DNA of 64,000 nucleotides from assembly GCA_963844885.1 (NCBI GenBank), contig CAWJQA010000006.1, positions 608,366 through 672,365 of the forward strand, written 5' to 3'. Below, piece by piece: positions 9,987 to 20,329 of this stretch (within the stretch, counting starts at the first letter, position 1; each line of letters starts with the position of its first letter). The translations under genes and the position numbers were made by a program. The notes below the pieces were generated by a model. The model was not told where the DNA came from. It saw only the letters and a program-made list of their open reading frames with translations, and did not search any database. Source of the stretch: an uncultured Holophagales bacterium (GTDB lineage: Bacteria; Acidobacteriota; Thermoanaerobaculia; Multivoradales; UBA5704).

Positions 9987-11246
9987 ATGCACTTGGTGAA
10001 CGACAAGACAGATCTCCCGGTCGTCGTCGCCGGAGCCGGCGCTGCGGGCACGGTGGCGGCCCTCTTCGCAGCCGGCGGCATTCGCCGGGTGCTGCTCCTC
10101 GAACGGACGCGCGACGGCGGACGCAAGATCCTGGTGAGCGGCGGCGGGCGGTGCAACGTCCTGCCTTCCTCTCTCGAGCCCGCCCGGTTCGTCACCGACT
10201 CCTCTCCGAACACTCTGAAGAAAATCCTTCTGTCCTGGCCGCTCGCGGAGCAGCGACGGTTTTTCGAGGAGGAGGTGGGCATCCCGCTGGCGCTGGAGGA
10301 GGAGACCGGCAAGCTCTTCCCCGCCTCGAACCGGGCGCGGGACGTGCGCGACGGCCTGCTCCGCCTGGCCGCCCGGCGAGGTGTGGAGACGGTGTTCGAC
10401 GCGCTGGTGGAGGACGTTTTTCCATCGGAAGGCTCGTGGGCCGTCCGGCTTCAAGGAGCCCGGGTGATCCGCGCCTCCGCGGTGATCCTGGCGACCGGCG
10501 GCCTCTCGCTGCCGGGCACCGGGAGCGACGGCACCGGCTTCCTGATCGCGCGCCGGCTCGGGCATACCGTCCACGCTACCTATCCCGCCCTGACACCCCT
10601 GACCGCCGACCCGCCCCGCCACGCCGGCCTGGCCGGAATCTCGCTGGAGGTGAATCTGGAGGCGCCGCTGCGCAAGGGCCGGTTCGAGACCCATGGCGGC
10701 TTCCTCTTCACTCACCATGGATACAGCGGGCCGGCCGTGCTGGACGCTTCCCACCTCGCCGTCCGCTCCCGGATGGCCGGCGGCCCTCCACAACCTCTCT
10801 ATATAAGATGGACCGCCGGAAACCCCGAGGAGTGGGACCGCCGGCTCCGCGAAGGCACGGGAACCGTGGCCACGCCGCTGCGCCGAGCTCTGCCCGGCCG
10901 CCTCGCCGAGATGCTGTTGGCGGAGGCCGGAGTCGATCCCGCGCGCCCGCTCCCCCAGCTCCGCCGCGAGGAGCGCCGCAAGCTGGTCGAGCTCCTCACC
11001 CGCTATCCCCTCCCCTGGACCGGCGACGAAGGCTATCCGAAGGCCGAGGTCACCGGCGGCGGCGTCGCGCTCTCCGAAATCGACCCCCGCACGCTGGAAA
11101 GCCGCCTCCATCCCGGCCTCTTCCTCTGCGGCGAGATGCTCGACGCCTTCGGCCCCATCGGCGGCCACAACTTCGCCTGGGCCTGGGCCACGGGACGGGC
11201 GGCCGGGAGGGGCGCCGCCTGGGAAGACCCCAGGGGGAGAGCTTGA
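9987..11246 (+). CDS. HI0933/BaiN-like NAD(P)/FAD-dependent flavoprotein (aminoacetone oxidase family)
   Basis: Start MHLVNDKTDLPVVVAGAGAAGTVAALFAA (GxGxxG) at 9987. The GGGRCNV motif is present. This is the 452-aa ORF 9888.. trimmed to the in-frame ATG. Confidence 0.85.
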   Translation: MHLVNDKTDLPVVVAGAGAAGTVAALFAAGGIRRVLLLERTRDGGRKILVSGGGRCNVLPSSLEPARFVTDSSPNTLKKILLSWPLAEQRRFFEEEVGIPLALEEETGKLFPASNRARDVRDGLLRLAARRGVETVFDALVEDVFPSEGSWAVRLQGARVIRASAVILATGGLSLPGTGSDGTGFLIARRLGHTVHATYPALTPLTADPPRHAGLAGISLEVNLEAPLRKGRFETHGGFLFTHHGYSGPAVLDASHLAVRSRMAGGPPQPLYIRWTAGNPEEWDRRLREGTGTVATPLRRALPGRLAEMLLAEAGVDPARPLPQLRREERRKLVELLTRYPLPWTGDEGYPKAEVTGGGVALSEIDPRTLESRLHPGLFLCGEMLDAFGPIGGHNFAWAWATGRAAGRGAAWEDPRGRA

Positions 11247-11262
11247 GCTGCTGCGATCGTTC

Positions 11263-12939
11263 CTACGACCGCGTGTCGACGAACTCAAACACTGGCAACA
11301 CCTTCAACCCATACGCCTCGAGAGCCAGTCCGTCGATTTTCCCGAAGTCGCGGTTCTCGAACGCCGTAGCCAATCCCTTCGCAACCTTAGGCGCGATGCT
11401 TGCCGGCAGGGGCAGCCGGATCCGCCGCAAGTACTGCGCTTGGAAGCGCAGGTAGCCGCCCCGCATTTTAACGGCGTACGACCAAACAAAGAACAACGCG
11501 ACCTTCGAGCTGAGGAGCGCGCCGAGCACGCGCATGTCCCACGAGCCGGAAGTCACAAAGTAGAGGTTATGATGCGGCTGAAAACGCCCTTCGTCGAGAA
11601 CGACCTCGTTCGAGCCTGCGATGTCAGGGATAAGGAGCTTGGGAACTCCGACAAGATCCGGCCGTACCCGGTCGATTGTGCGGAACCAGGCTCGCTCATT
11701 GTGTTGGGCGACGTGGCGAGCCCGGACAGAGCCAGCATGGATCTCAAGGTAGCGCGCCAGGCGTGGGTAGTCCCTCAGATCGACGACTCCGCCGCCATCG
11801 CGAAAAGTATTGATAACAAACCTGTTGCCATTGTGGATTCGGCCTGCTTTGATGTCATCGCGCATGACAAGGGGTACGAGGCGATCTGCCTCGATGTCGG
11901 CGTCCGGCCCAACGATGTAAATTTTATCATTACCCGTTGCGACTCCGATGCGAACCTTGGTGTCTCCCGTCTCGAGCGGCGTGTGACGATCCTCAAGCTG
12001 CCGCAGGACGGCCAGTTGCTCCGGTGTGCTGAAAACCCATGGCTCGTCGCCCCGAAACCAAGTCTCGTAACGGGTTGCCACGACGCCAGCCGCGTTCTTG
12101 CCCGCCCCATTCATTGCAGGTATGACGGCGCTGCATTCTTCCGCCGATGCCGAATCGAGAGTCGCGACACTGACTCTATCGATTTTGCCACGGCCGATCG
12201 CAAAGATCGCCGGGTAGGCAATAACCTCGGACTCGAAAGGCGAAGCATGATGAAGGTCGATGTAGCAACGGACCCGAAAGCGCTCGGTGATGATCCGGCG
12301 AAGCGGAGCGCCATATTTGTTGAGTGTCCATCGATCCGCACAGACAAACGACAAAACGCCTTCCTCCCCCAAAAGATTTAACCCGTGTTCGATGAAGGCG
12401 ACGTAGAGATCGGCGCGATCGTAGATGGACGAGAATCGTCTTCGATACTCCTGCTGCAGAACAGATGCAACCTGCTCGATGCGCACGTAGGGAGGGTTCC
12501 CCACGATGGCGTCGAACCTCTCGCCTCCGCTCGTCAGAAGGAAGTCCTCTTGACGAATCCAGCCGCTCGCGAGGTTCTCAGCAATGGACTCCTTGGCTCC
12601 ACTCTCGACGAGTTGCTCGATCACCGCTCGTCTGGAAATGGCAATGTGCTCGGCGTCTATGTCGTACGCCGTGATCGAGGTGCCCAGGCTGGCCATCGGT
12701 CGGCGATGCCGCTTCGCCGAGGCCGAGAGGCGTTTCACTGCTGGAAGAAGAAATGCCCCATGCCCGCAGGCTGGCTCCAGAAGACGCAGCTTTGTCAGAT
12801 CTCGATCGGTCGTGTAGCCTGCCAGGTCCAGGATGAGCTCGACGACATGTGGCTTGGTGAGGACGACTCCATGCGTCCCGCCCGACGTGCGCTCACCATA
12901 CTCATACACATTGCCGGGGAGCGCCACCGGAAAATCCAT
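11263..12939 (-). CDS. N6-adenine DNA methyltransferase, Eco57I/M.TaqI-like gamma class with C-terminal target-recognition region
   Basis: Motif I LEPACGHGAFL and motif IV IVGNPPYV. 558 aa. The gene body is lower in GC than its flanks. Confidence 0.85.
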   Translation of the reverse strand: MDFPVALPGNVYEYGERTSGGTHGVVLTKPHVVELILDLAGYTTDRDLTKLRLLEPACGHGAFLLPAVKRLSASAKRHRRPMASLGTSITAYDIDAEHIAISRRAVIEQLVESGAKESIAENLASGWIRQEDFLLTSGGERFDAIVGNPPYVRIEQVASVLQQEYRRRFSSIYDRADLYVAFIEHGLNLLGEEGVLSFVCADRWTLNKYGAPLRRIITERFRVRCYIDLHHASPFESEVIAYPAIFAIGRGKIDRVSVATLDSASAEECSAVIPAMNGAGKNAAGVVATRYETWFRGDEPWVFSTPEQLAVLRQLEDRHTPLETGDTKVRIGVATGNDKIYIVGPDADIEADRLVPLVMRDDIKAGRIHNGNRFVINTFRDGGGVVDLRDYPRLARYLEIHAGSVRARHVAQHNERAWFRTIDRVRPDLVGVPKLLIPDIAGSNEVVLDEGRFQPHHNLYFVTSGSWDMRVLGALLSSKVALFFVWSYAVKMRGGYLRFQAQYLRRIRLPLPASIAPKVAKGLATAFENRDFGKIDGLALEAYGLKVLPVFEFVDTRS

Positions 12940-14124
12940 GAATGCTGCCTCCCGCTAGGTGTTCGCCACGTAGGTGGCCACGTGTCCCGCAGGCCAACCA
13001 GGAAGTTCGCATCGAGAGGTCATCCTCTGGCACAGTGTACTCCCCCCGGAGGCCCTGCGCCTCGGTGGCCATCAAGAGCGCCGCGAGGTCGTAGGGTTCT
13101 CCAGGCCCAGCTTGGCAAGAGCCGCTCATAGCGCTTCGCGTCGGACGCGCCCCGGAAGTCCGGGAAAACAGGGAAGTGCGGCTCGGCCACCGGGACGGGC
13201 TGCGTAGACTTCGGGCAGTCCTCTAATAGCATCACCCAGCCCAGCCATGGGCGTGGCCGTGCCGTCCCAAAAGCACCTTCTCGGTACGCCGTCCAAAGGT
13301 CGGCGGCATTCCCGGGGCTTCCTCGTTCGATTGGTGAAAATGTTGCCGAAGGATGGCCCGCGCTGAGACTTGAACTCGAGAGCCGCAACGATGGCCGGCG
13401 CCCGTCATGGGCAGACGAATGACATGTCCCGGAGAGTCGCCATTACAGTCGGCCTGAAGAATCCGAAGGTCACATCCACGAAGAAGTAGCTGGCGCTCTG
13501 CGGTCGCATGGCTTAGCTGGCCTAACCGCCGTCGGAGCAACGGCCGTTGGAGATTGCGTCGACACGAGCAGCTTTCAGTTCAGGAGATCGACACCCAGGT
13601 AGGGGAGCACGTCCGAGGCGCGTGCCGGAGTCGTCCACAGCTTCCCGAGTTGACGGCCCGCGCGGGCCGTGCCTCCGGCTTCGAGGTCGGAAGCGCGTTC
13701 CGGCCTCCCACCGGCTCGCTCATGCCGGGTTGGTCGTGAAGATGCCAGGTGGGGTACGGCACGGGTACCACGGACGAAGGGCAGGGTGATACTAGAAGGA
13801 GCTTTCTCATCTCAACCTTCCTTTTGGAAAGAGCCGCCGGAAGGGACGGCTCCTGGGCGACGACTCTCTTCGCCGCCATCCGAGAGACCCCCTTCAACCT
13901 CTCCGGTTTACGCGCAACGAAGGCCCCGTATCCGCGTGGACTCCCAAACCCGCCCGCCGCCCTGGAAGTCGCCACGAGCCCGGCTGGGCCGGCGTTTGTA
14001 CAAGGACAAGGCGGCGTTTCCTCGCGCCGTCGCCAGGCCGGCGCAACCGTGGCAAGATTGCCGGCCATGGCGCTCTCTCCACGGCGGCTCTCGCCCACGG
14101 GGTAGCGCGAGAAAGGATCTCGCC

Positions 14125-15786
14125 ATGGGTTTTGCATCCCCCCGCCGCCTTGCCGGCAGTGCCGTGACCTTCTGGCTGCTGGCCATGCTGCTGTCGCCGC
14201 CCTTCCTGCGTTCGCAAGAGGCGCCGGCGGGCTACGAGGCGCTGGTCGCCCTCTGGAAGGAGTGGCGGACCTTCGAGCCGCCGCCGTGGCGCGACGGAGC
14301 GCCCGACTATGGGACGGAAGCGATGGCGGCTCAGCACGAGGGGCTGCGCGCCCTCCAGGCGCGGCTGCGGGCGATCGATCCGAGTGGCTGGCCGGTCGCG
14401 CAACAGGTCGACTACCACCTTGTGCGGGCCGAGATGAACGGGCTCGACTTCAACCACCGTGTCCTCCGCCCGTGGGCCCGCGATCCGGCTTTCTATCTTT
14501 CGGTGTGGAGCGAGCAGAGCGACACGCCGGCCCATGAAGGGCCGACCCACCACGCCGTCATCGACCTTTGGGCCTATTCCTTTCCGTTGACCGCGGCGGA
14601 CGGCGCGCGATTGGCCGGCGAGCTGCGGACCATCCCGCCTCTGCTCCGGCAGGCGCGGCGGAACCTGACGGGCAATGCGCGCGACCTCTGGCTGGCGGGC
14701 ATCGGGACGATGCGCGGCCAGGTGGCGGCGCTCGAGGATCTGAAGCGGCGGATCGCCGAGACCGACCCGGCCCTCACCGGCGCCACCTCCGCGGCCCTGC
14801 AGGCGACGCAGGACTTCGTCGCCTGGCTCGACGAGCAGGCGCCCGCGAAGACCGGCCCGTCGGGGATCGGCAAGGAAAACTACAACTGGGCGTTGCGCAA
14901 CGTCCACCTGATCCCGATGACCTGGGACGACGAGGTCCAACTGCTGCGGCGCGAGCTCGACCGCGCCCATGCCTCCCTCCACCTCGAAGAGCAGCGCAAC
15001 CGCAACCTGCCGCCGCTGGCCGCCATCGCCACTCCCGAGGAGTATGACCGGCGGGCCGGCCAGGCGGCGGGCAAGTACCTCGCCTTCCTGGCGGAGAAAG
15101 AAATCCTGCCGATCCGGGGCTACATGGATCCGGCGCTGCGCGCCCATCTCGGTGCCTTCGTGCCCCCGGAGTCGCGCAACTTTTTCCAGATCGCCATTCA
15201 CTACGAACCGATGACGCTGTATACCCATTTCTACCACTGGTGGGACCTGGCGCGCATGCGCGAAGAGCCGAACCCCAGCCCGATCCGCCGCGGCCCCCTG
15301 CTCTACAACATCTTCGCCGCCCGCTCCGAGGGTCTGGCCACCGGGATGGAAGAGATGATGATGCACGCCGGCCTTTACGACGACAATCCGCGGGCGCGCG
15401 AGATCGTCTGGATCATGCTGGCCCAGCGCGCCGCCCGTGGGCTGGGCTCCCTCTACGTCCAGGCCAACGACTTCAACCTCCAGCAGGCGCGGGATTTCCA
15501 CGTCGAGTGGACCCCCCGTGGCTGGATGCGAAAAGACCTCGACCTCCTCGGCTTCGAGCAGCAACTCTACTTGCGCCAGCCCGGCTACGGCAGCAGCTAC
15601 ATCACCGGCAAGGTCCAGATCGAGCGCCTGCTGACCGAGCGCAGCCACCAGCTCGGCAGCGCGTTCAAGCTCTCGGACTTCTTCGCCGAGGTCAACGCCG
15701 CCGGAGTCATCCCGGTGTCGATGATCCGCTGGCAACTGACCGGCAAGGACGACGAGATCCGCGCCCTTCTCGCGGACGGCGGCTGA
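14125..15786 (+). CDS. secreted DUF885-like protein
   Basis: ATG at 14125 follows the signal peptide MGFASPRRLAGSAVTFWLLAMLLSP. The long ORF 13669.. was trimmed. The domain-like stretches QVDYHLVRAEMNGLDFNHRV and EGLATGMEEMMMHAGLYDD are present. Confidence 0.6.
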   Translation: MGFASPRRLAGSAVTFWLLAMLLSPPFLRSQEAPAGYEALVALWKEWRTFEPPPWRDGAPDYGTEAMAAQHEGLRALQARLRAIDPSGWPVAQQVDYHLVRAEMNGLDFNHRVLRPWARDPAFYLSVWSEQSDTPAHEGPTHHAVIDLWAYSFPLTAADGARLAGELRTIPPLLRQARRNLTGNARDLWLAGIGTMRGQVAALEDLKRRIAETDPALTGATSAALQATQDFVAWLDEQAPAKTGPSGIGKENYNWALRNVHLIPMTWDDEVQLLRRELDRAHASLHLEEQRNRNLPPLAAIATPEEYDRRAGQAAGKYLAFLAEKEILPIRGYMDPALRAHLGAFVPPESRNFFQIAIHYEPMTLYTHFYHWWDLARMREEPNPSPIRRGPLLYNIFAARSEGLATGMEEMMMHAGLYDDNPRAREIVWIMLAQRAARGLGSLYVQANDFNLQQARDFHVEWTPRGWMRKDLDLLGFEQQLYLRQPGYGSSYITGKVQIERLLTERSHQLGSAFKLSDFFAEVNAAGVIPVSMIRWQLTGKDDEIRALLADGG

Positions 15787-15927
15787 CCGGAGGACGGTAC
15801 GGGCTTGCCTGGAACTATGCACCAGCTACATAATGTTTCTGCTGCATAGTTCCGGACGAGACCGCCGCCATGAAGCTTCCCTTCCTCCCTCCTCTCCCGC
15901 TGGTGGCGGGAGGCGCCGCCCGGGACG

Positions 15928-17004
15928 GTGCTCGCGCTGGATGAATTTCCGTCCCTGGTCGCGGTCAGCCCCGAGCTGCCGAGCCTGCTGCAGAAGCATC
16001 TGGACCGCGAGAGCGAGCGCGGCCTCCATCTCCTCCTGAGCGGTTCCTCGCAGCGCATGATGCAGGGTCTCGTCCTCGACCGCACGGCGCCGCTGTTCGG
16101 ACGCGCCAGCGAGATCCTCAAGATCTCCCCTCTGCCCGCGGGATGGATCGAGGAGGCGCTCGCTCTGAAGGCTCCCGAGCGCGCTATCGAGGCCTATGCG
16201 GTTTGGGGTGGGACCCCCAGGTATTGGGAGCTGGCGCGCGATCATCCGGATCTGCCGGCGGCCATCCGCTCCCTCGTCCTCAGCCCGCTGGGGGTCCTTT
16301 TCGAAGAGCCGTCGCGCCTGCTGCTCGACGACATGCGGGACACCACGCAGGCGGCGTCGATCCTGAGCCTGATCGGTCAGGGCTGCCACCGCCTCTCCGA
16401 GATCGCGGCGCGGCTGGGCAAGCCGATGACCGCGCTCTCACGGCCGCTCCAGCGCATGCAGGACATGGATCTGATCACGCGCGAGCTGCCGTTCGCCGAG
16501 CCGCCGCGCGGCGGCAAGCGGACGCTTTACAAGATTTCCGATCCCTTCCTGCGCTTCTGGTTCCGCTACGTCGAGATCAACCGCTCCCGCCTCGGCGCCG
16601 GCCAGACGGCGGCGGTGGAGAAAGAGATCGCTGAGCGGCTCGGGCATCACGTCGGCGAGATCTGGGAGGAGCTGGCGCGCGCCAGCGCGCCGCGACTCCA
16701 AACCGGCGGCAAGACCTGGGGACCGGCCGGCCGCTGGTGGGGTCCCGGCCTCGACCGCCAACCGCTCGAAGTGGATCTCGTGGCGGAGAGCGGCGACGGC
16801 GGCAGCGTCCTGGTCGGTGAAGTGAAATGGTCCGCACCGCGTGACGCCACGCGTCTCCTGGCAGAGCTCGAAGACAAGGCCCGGCGCCTACCCTTCATCG
16901 CCGGGCGAGAGGTCGTTGCGGCCCTATGGCTCAAGGCGCCGGTCGCCGGAGCATCGCCTGAGCGCGTGGTGACGCCGCGCCAGGTGCTCGACGTCCTGCG
17001 GTGA
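15928..17004 (+). pseudogene. AAA+ ATPase (archaeal-type ATPase/DUF234 family), 5'-truncated and lacking Walker A
   Basis: The ORF begins at the Walker-B-like VLALDEFPSLV. There is an in-frame stop about 55 nt upstream. The expected ~110-aa N-terminal P-loop region is absent. A DUF234-like C-terminal part is present. Confidence 0.5.
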
Positions 17005-17185
17005 CGGCGATGATGACGCGATAACAGGGAATCTGGACGAATCGACGAAAAACAGGCTCGCTCTGCCTACGACGCGTTCAAGCGCGACACGAGCGTCAGA
17101 GAGATCGAGACTGCCGCGATCGGGCGGTATACTCCGCCCGGTCGCGCGTTCTTCCGGCGCGCGCCTTCTCCCGAATGGACCCCCT

Positions 17186-17731
17186 GTGGCGCTGACCGCG
17201 ACGGTCTACAACCTCGAAGTCTCCCTGGCCGACGTCGATCGCGGCGTGTACGAGAGCCTCGCCTTGCGCGTGGCGCTCCATCCGTCGGAAACGCTGGAGT
17301 ACATGCTGACCCGGGTGCTCGCCTACTGCCTCCAGTACGAGGAGGGGATCACCTTTTCGCGCGGCGGCGTCTCCGACCCGGACGAGCCGCCGGTCCGGAT
17401 CGTGGACCCCACCGGCCGCGTCACGGCCTGGATCGAGATCGGCACTCCCGACGCCGAGCGCCTCAACAAGGCGTCCAAGGCCGCGGATCGGGTGGCGGTC
17501 TACACGCACAAGAACCCGGCGACGCTGCTGCGCCAGTTTGCCGGACGGCGCATCCACCGCGCCGCCGAGATCCCCATCTACGCCTTCGACCGTGCGCTGA
17601 TCGAGGAGGCCTCGCAACTCCTCGACCGCCGCACCACCATCGACCTCTCCGTCACCGGCGGCCAGCTCTACCTCTCCCTCGGAGGCCGGAGCTTCTCCGG
17701 TGCCGTGACCGAGCACCGCATCGAACCCTAA
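17186..17731 (+). CDS. yaeQ: YaeQ family protein
   Basis: MALTATVYNLEVSLADVDRGVYESLALRVALHPSETLEYMLTRVLAY matches the YaeQ N-terminus. 181 aa. Confidence 0.85.
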   Translation: MALTATVYNLEVSLADVDRGVYESLALRVALHPSETLEYMLTRVLAYCLQYEEGITFSRGGVSDPDEPPVRIVDPTGRVTAWIEIGTPDAERLNKASKAADRVAVYTHKNPATLLRQFAGRRIHRAAEIPIYAFDRALIEEASQLLDRRTTIDLSVTGGQLYLSLGGRSFSGAVTEHRIEP

Positions 17732-17753
17732 ACCCAGAAGAGGGAGACCGATC

Positions 17754-18284
17754 ATGACCGAGACCGACCTCCGCTATCCCGTCGGACACTTCCGGAGGGT
17801 GACCTCGCTGACGGACGCAGAGCGCCAGGAGTCCATCGAATCCATCGCCGCCGCGCCCGCCCGGCTCCGCGCCGCGATCCAGGGGCTGTCCGAAGAGCAG
17901 CTCGACACCCCCTACCGGCCCGGCGGCTGGACCGTCCGGCAGGTCGTCCACCACGTCCCGGACAGCCACATGAACGCCTACATCCGGTTCAAGTGGACGC
18001 TGACCGAGGACAACCCGACGATCCGGACTTACGAGCAAGACCTCTGGGCCGAGCTCGCGGACAGCCGTGGGCCCGTGGAGGGCTCGCTGACGATGCTCGA
18101 GGTGCTCCACGACCGGTGGGTGCGTCTCCTGCGCTCGATGAAGCCCGAGGACTTCGGCCGGCAGTTCAACCATCCCGAGAACGGCCCGATGACGCTCGAC
18201 AGCCTGCTGGTGCTCTACGACTGGCACGGCCGGCACCACGTGGCCCACGTCACCGGCCTGCGCGAGCGAATGGGTTGGGATTGA
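17754..18284 (+). CDS. DinB/YfiT-like metal-dependent hydrolase/thiol transferase family protein
   Basis: 176 aa. The His triad pattern (HHVPDSH ... HGRHH) is characteristic of the DinB_2 fold. Confidence 0.8.
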   Translation: MTETDLRYPVGHFRRVTSLTDAERQESIESIAAAPARLRAAIQGLSEEQLDTPYRPGGWTVRQVVHHVPDSHMNAYIRFKWTLTEDNPTIRTYEQDLWAELADSRGPVEGSLTMLEVLHDRWVRLLRSMKPEDFGRQFNHPENGPMTLDSLLVLYDWHGRHHVAHVTGLRERMGWD

Positions 18285-18297
18285 TCGATCGCGCCTG

Positions 18298-19515
18298 TCA
18301 GCCGGCCTCGGAACCAGACGCGCGGAAGCGCTCGCCCACACGGCGATAGGCCTCGCGGAAGGAGATCCCTTCCGCGAGGACCAGCCGGTAGGCCTCCTCG
18401 GCCGCGCGCAGCTCGGGCGCCAGCTCGATGCGCTCGGCGTTGAACCGCACGCCGTCCAGGGCCGGCACCACGATGGCCAGCGTGTCGCGCGCGAGATCGA
18501 CGCCGCGGAAGAGCGGCGCCTTGAGGAGTTGCAGGTCGCGGTGGTAGCCCGACGGGAGCTTGGCGGTGATCCCCAGCACCTCCACGAGGCAGGCCTGCGC
18601 GGTCGCCGTACGGCCGCGGATCAGCTCGAAGACGTCCGGGTTGCGCTTCTGCGGCATGATCGAGGAGCCGGTGGTCATCTCCGCGCTCAGGGTGACGAAA
18701 CCCAGCTCTTTCATGTTGAACAGCACAAGGTCGGCGGCCAGCCGTCCCAGATCCTGCATGAGCAGCGCGGTTTCGAAGAGGACGTGCGCCTCGGCCTTGC
18801 CACGGGAGAGCTGGACGGCGGTGACCGGCTCGTGGATCGCGGCGAACCCGAGGCTCCGGCGCGTGGCTTCGCGGTCGACCGGCAGCAGCGGCACGCCGTA
18901 GCCGGCGGCGGACCCGAGCGGGTTCTTGTCCAGCCGGCGGCGGGCCGCGGCGAGCCCTTCCGCGTCGTCCCGCAGCTCGGCCGCGAAGCCGCCGGCCCAC
19001 AGCGGGACGGAGCTGGGCATGGCGGGCTGCTGGTGGGTGTAGCCGGGGAGCGGCGTGGCCGCCTCACGCCCGGCCAGCGCGTCCAGGGCCGCGGCCACGG
19101 CGAGCGCCCCCTCCCGCAGCGCCGCGGTCTCGTCGAGCAGGTAGAGCCGCAGGGCCGCCAGCACCTGGTCGTTCCGCGAGCGGCCGAGGTGGAGGCGGGC
19201 ACCGGCCTCGCCGATCCTCGCCGTGAGCCGCGACTCCAGCGCGGTGTGGACGTCCTCGTCGGCCAGCTCGATCCGCCAATTGTCCTCATGTTCGGGGCCT
19301 GCGGCATGGGCCGCGGCCAACGCGGCCAGCCCCTCGCGGATCGCCGCCAGGTCGGCCGCCGAGAGAAGGCCGGCGCCGTGGAGCATCTCAGCGTGGGCGA
19401 TCGACGCGCGCACGTCGTAGGGGACCAGGCGGGCGTCGAGGAGGTGATCCTCGCCTGCCGTGTAGCGCAGCACCCGTTCGTCGAGCGGCTCGCCCTTGTC
19501 CCAGAGCCGGGTCAC
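18298..19515 (-). CDS. argH: argininosuccinate lyase (fumarate lyase family), GTG start, about 405 aa with a shortish C-terminus
   Basis: GSSIMPQKRNPD signature, the GRSRNDQV motif and an RLWDKG N-terminus. The upstream 265 aa of the ORF 18298..20319 are G/R-rich artifact. Confidence 0.8.
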   Translation of the reverse strand: MTRLWDKGEPLDERVLRYTAGEDHLLDARLVPYDVRASIAHAEMLHGAGLLSAADLAAIREGLAALAAAHAAGPEHEDNWRIELADEDVHTALESRLTARIGEAGARLHLGRSRNDQVLAALRLYLLDETAALREGALAVAAALDALAGREAATPLPGYTHQQPAMPSSVPLWAGGFAAELRDDAEGLAAARRRLDKNPLGSAAGYGVPLLPVDREATRRSLGFAAIHEPVTAVQLSRGKAEAHVLFETALLMQDLGRLAADLVLFNMKELGFVTLSAEMTTGSSIMPQKRNPDVFELIRGRTATAQACLVEVLGITAKLPSGYHRDLQLLKAPLFRGVDLARDTLAIVVPALDGVRFNAERIELAPELRAAEEAYRLVLAEGISFREAYRRVGERFRASGSEAG

Positions 19516-20327
19516 CGGGCCTCCACGGTCTCGGCTTCTGTGATCTTCCCGGCGCGTAGCTCGGCGTAGGCGCCGATCAGGCGGGTGTAAAAGCGCGCCC
19601 CGGCGAGGATCTCCTCCTCCAAGACGAATTCGTCCGGCGTGTGCGAGCGCTCGCTGCGGCCCGGCCCGCACTTGATGGCGGGCGCGCCGAGGAAGACCAT
19701 GTCCGACAGGGTCGGCGAGCCGAACACGCGGGCCTCCGGGCGGACGCGGCAGGCGGCCTGGACGATGGCGGCGTCGCGCGGCGTCTCCTTCGGCGTGAGC
19801 CGGTCCGACAGCACTCGCACCTCTCCCCGCACCCGCTCCCTCACCCGCCTCAGGATCTCGGCCGCCGGCAGCGCCGGCGTGGTGCGCACGTCGAGCACGG
19901 CGGTGGCCTCGCCCGGCACCACGTTCCTCGCCGTGCCGGCGCGCACCTGGGTCGGCTCCAGCGTGACCGGTCCCAGGTGCGGATGCGCCGGCCCGAAGTC
20001 GATCCCCTCCAGCGCCACCAGGTCGCGGGCCAGGAGGCGGGCGGCGTTCGCGGCGCCGAGCGCCTGTGCGTTCGCGGCGTGGCAGGCGTCGCCATGGGCG
20101 ATCAGCTCCAGGACCATCAACCCCTTCTGGGCCACGGCCACGTCGAGCCCGGTGGGCTCGCCCACCACGGCCGCCTCGATCTCCAGGCCGCGGCGCGCCA
20201 GCTCGGCGAGCACCGCCTGGGTGCCGGTGCCGCGCGTCTCCTCGCCTTCGACCAGGGCGAGCGCCAGCGTGAACGGCAGGTCGAGGCCGGTGAACGCGAG
20301 GAACGCGGCTCGGGCGCACGGGCCGTC
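19512..20327 (-). pseudogene. M20 acetylornithine deacetylase/ArgE-DapE-like, N-terminally truncated remnant
   Basis: C-terminal M20 catalytic and dimerisation region (LALVEGEETRGTG ... PTLSDMVFL ... SHTPDEFV). An in-frame stop lies at about 20328. No N-terminal His/Asp metal site was found upstream. Confidence 0.5.
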
Positions 20328-20329
20328 GG

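Noticed and set aside
9753-11455. Long ORFs 9753..11288(-) and 9809..11455(+) (511/548 aa)
   Set aside because: They are Arg/Pro/Gly-rich low-complexity translations overlapping the convincing flavoprotein gene, typical of GC-driven antisense or off-frame artifacts. The same holds for 13894..15822(-), 18529..19569(+), 19639..20658(+), 24308..25507(+), 33994..34560(-)/34144..34914(+)/34582..35271(-)/36639..37985(+)/38713..40488(+), 47733..49733(-), 54648..55724(-), 56240..58456(+) and 59582..60727(+).
18298-20319. 673-aa single ORF
   Set aside because: Only the C-terminal about 405 aa (from a GTG near 19515) are ArgH. The upstream 265 aa are G/R-rich and overlap the M20 remnant in another frame.
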